This document shows, in pieces, positions 61,722-64,000 of a stretch of 64,000 nucleotides of DNA. Under the pieces are notes generated by a model. That model made no database searches, was not told the DNA's origin, and saw nothing but the letters and a program-made list of their open reading frames with translations. This stretch comes from Curvularia clavata (taxonomy: Eukaryota). Made by a program: the position numbers and the translations under genes. The stretch is from positions 4,278,001 through 4,342,000 of the forward strand of contig CP089275.1 of assembly GCA_023920165.1 (NCBI GenBank). Reading direction: 5' to 3'. Every line of letters begins with the position of its first letter. The stretch's first letter is position 1.

Positions 61722-62239
61722 CTATTCCTTCTTGACAGTGTCCGGGTCTGAGAGAATACCCTCAGCTTCGAGTCTTCGTCGCGCCTCCTCTAGAGCCCAG
61801 GTTTGGATGCTAGAGAACTGTTAGCTGCGACACGAACTTATATAGTTTTTCCGGTCCTGCTCGCTTCACCCCTGATACCTCTTACGGATCCTATGACTCC
61901 CCATCTTCGTTTGCACTCCCATTGCCCCACCATAATCATCCAAAAGTCAAACCCCGGAATTCAGACATACCTAGTATCGGGCTTGAAAGCGTAAGCAACG
62001 ACTCCGAATGCACAAGCACCTCCGAAACCCCAGTACATGGCATTCTCCCAGCCCTCCTTCTCATATGTCTCGCCAGGCTTGACGCCAAACAGCCATCCTG
62101 ATGGAGGGTCGTAGCTGGGTCCGTGTCCCGACTGCTTTGCTTGTGATCGCGAAAAGGCACGAGTGGTGGTGCGTGGGGTGGCGGAGAGGGCAGAGGCAAC
62201 GGCGCGGGAGCCGCTGGTTGCGGCGCGGATCGAGTTCAT
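61722..62239 (-). CDS. Complex I ESSS subunit (NDUFB11-like), 2 exons
   Basis: Presequence, then YDPPSGWLFG, YEKEGWE and a TM. Removing intron 61970-61810 gives KPDTSIQTWALEEARRRLE. Confidence 0.9.
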
Positions 62240-63315
62240 TGCTTCTTCGTTGTCGGTGTAAAACCAGCTGAACAGGCCAATTCAATTGTGACGAGAGGTG
62301 TCCCGGCGTGGGTTGAGGTGGTTGTGAAGCTGTGATAGGCGTAGGCGGTGCGTCGTCGGGTGTGAGGTTCGGCGTTCGCTGCGAGGGCTTGGCTTGGCGG
62401 CGGAAAGCTAGCGCCGCTCGAGACGTCAGACCTACTTGACTTTGCTCGGTAAACGACGAAACTGCTTCATCAAGTACCAGAAACAGTACTCCAATTTATA
62501 GTGAAGGACGATCGAAAATCAGTCCTTAGTTACGGGCTCCTGATGGTGTGCTGCGAGTTGTATCAGATTGCCGCAAGGATAATGCGTAAACACTACCTTA
62601 GATGCTCTAAACATAGATTATTGGAAACTGGCGCCGACTCGAGAGGGCGAATACCGTGGATCTCAGTTGTGTATTCTGCAAAATTCATGTCTCCCCAGTC
62701 ATTCTGTACTGTATTGTGAGCGACATGGAGAGGCCAACGGCTGCGCTGATCGCGGAGACTATGTCAGATATGTTTGATGAAAGCATCTTGACTGTGAAAG
62801 AACTTAACCTTCTGTTTACAACGATAATCAGCATTAGGCATTGCCAAATATGTTGAAAGGCGTTCACTCAGAGCACCTTTTTTGCATTACACGACCCAGC
62901 TCTGTAAGCACTTCTTCAAGCGACACCCTGACATTGAGAGATGGAGGGAACAAGCGTATTGTGCTCCGTTTGCTCTTGCTCTCGCTTTCTCATTCAAGTG
63001 CACGTGATGCACAGACGCGGTACAAAGTATGAGCGTGCCGCGAGTGTTGCCTTGTACCTCTGTTTGTCTCTTGCATCACGACAAGGCATTTATCTGCTCA
63101 AGCCTCTTCTTTCTCAACCAACACTCAACCAGATTTTGAAAATGCTCGCGCTATCGCATCAAGAACAGCTGAGCTGTTCCAATGTCAAGCCACGAGAAGC
63201 TCCCTGCCACTTTATTTCAGCTCTGGACAACATGACGGTAAGTGGTTTCTCGAGCAAGAGATCTTTCATTACTCATGCATGACAGCATCATACCGTCGCG
63301 ATTCAGAAGGCCGTA

Positions 63316-64000
63316 ATGCCGGAACTATACACCTCAGTGCCTTCCACCCCACAAATTCACGTGCTTTACCTAGCCCCGGGACAACAAATCATTACCCCAG
63401 AACAGTTGATGGCATCGAATCCCGAGAAGATTGCCAAAGCAGGGGGCGGCGGACTTCTGAAAATCTCCCCAACAATGGCAGTCAAATACGGCAGTCATAC
63501 GTCTCTTATCGAGGCCAAGACTATGTTGTATGTAGCCGAGAGAACGTCAATACCCATCCCAAAGGTGTTTGCAGCATATGCGTACGGGCCGCTAAAGCGA
63601 GATTTTGCCGACTTTGGGAGTATCTACGACGTGTACATCTTCATGGAGTACATTGAAGGCGAAGACCTAGAGAAGTCATGGGGGAAATGCACTCCCGATG
63701 AGAAGCAAACGATCACGGCAGACTTGAAGAAGTATATGACAGAGCTTCGCTCCCTTCCAGCAGCCGATTACATCGGATCCGTGGATAAAGGTCCAGTCAC
63801 TGATGTTATTTTGGAGTGGTCCACAGATTCCCGAGGTCAGTTTCAACACACATACTGGTCAACAGCGATATCTCTAACTAGGTCTAGGTCCGTTTGAGAG
63901 TGTAGAGGACTTCCATGCTACCCTCGTTGACGCGTATATCACCAAATCGAAAAGAACTCACATGGACCCCTACATCCGCGGCATGATTGGTGCAAACAAG
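63316..64000 (+). CDS. APH/choline-kinase-like phosphotransferase (runs off the right edge)
   Basis: Motifs AVKYG, EAKTMLYV..TSIPIPKV and YIFMEYIEGEDL. Removing intron 63836-63887 gives RGPFESVEDFH. A possible extra in-frame 5' exon joins via intron 63238-63285. Confidence 0.82.

Noticed and set aside
61810..61970. Longer-than-usual (161 nt) intron in the ESSS gene, checked for a snoRNA
   Set aside because: No properly ordered C and D boxes and no evident H/ACA structure.

Overview
Eukaryotic, intron-containing fungal DNA with GT..AG introns of about 45-200 nt and CTRAC branch sites. It is probably a Pleosporales dothideomycete: the GH7 protein closely resembles Cochliobolus/Bipolaris Cel1 as I recall it. 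About 57 kb is gene-dense and mostly housekeeping: PAT1, a KRE2-family mannosyltransferase, a TauD dioxygenase, PRP22, MCM6, UDP-glucose 4-epimerase, a SUN-domain protein, ARC1, a UCH, a Git3/Gpr1-type GPCR, DCS1, Pol delta subunit 4, PPS1, 3-hydroxyisobutyrate dehydrogenase, mitochondrial S12, an Asi-type E3, two F-box proteins, DIB1, SEC1, SUV3 and KEI1. A looser right end holds a GH7 cellobiohydrolase, a type I membrane protein, the complex I ESSS subunit and an APH-like kinase. I saw no tRNA, rRNA, transposon or CRISPR. The main signals not shown by the ORF track are: (1) a double-guide box C/D snoRNA in a 197-nt intron of the hydroxyisobutyrate dehydrogenase gene, with both guides complementary to one LSU rRNA region; (2) an in-frame upstream AUG that gives ARC1 a mitochondrial-presequence-like extension; (3) a Cys-free TauD enzyme with four CYS-3/MetR-type sites upstream; (4) MCB-like sites upstream of three cell-cycle genes, two with an adjacent forkhead site; (5) CreA sites phased at 10 bp in the cellulase promoter. 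Gene models were spliced by eye and no database searches were run.
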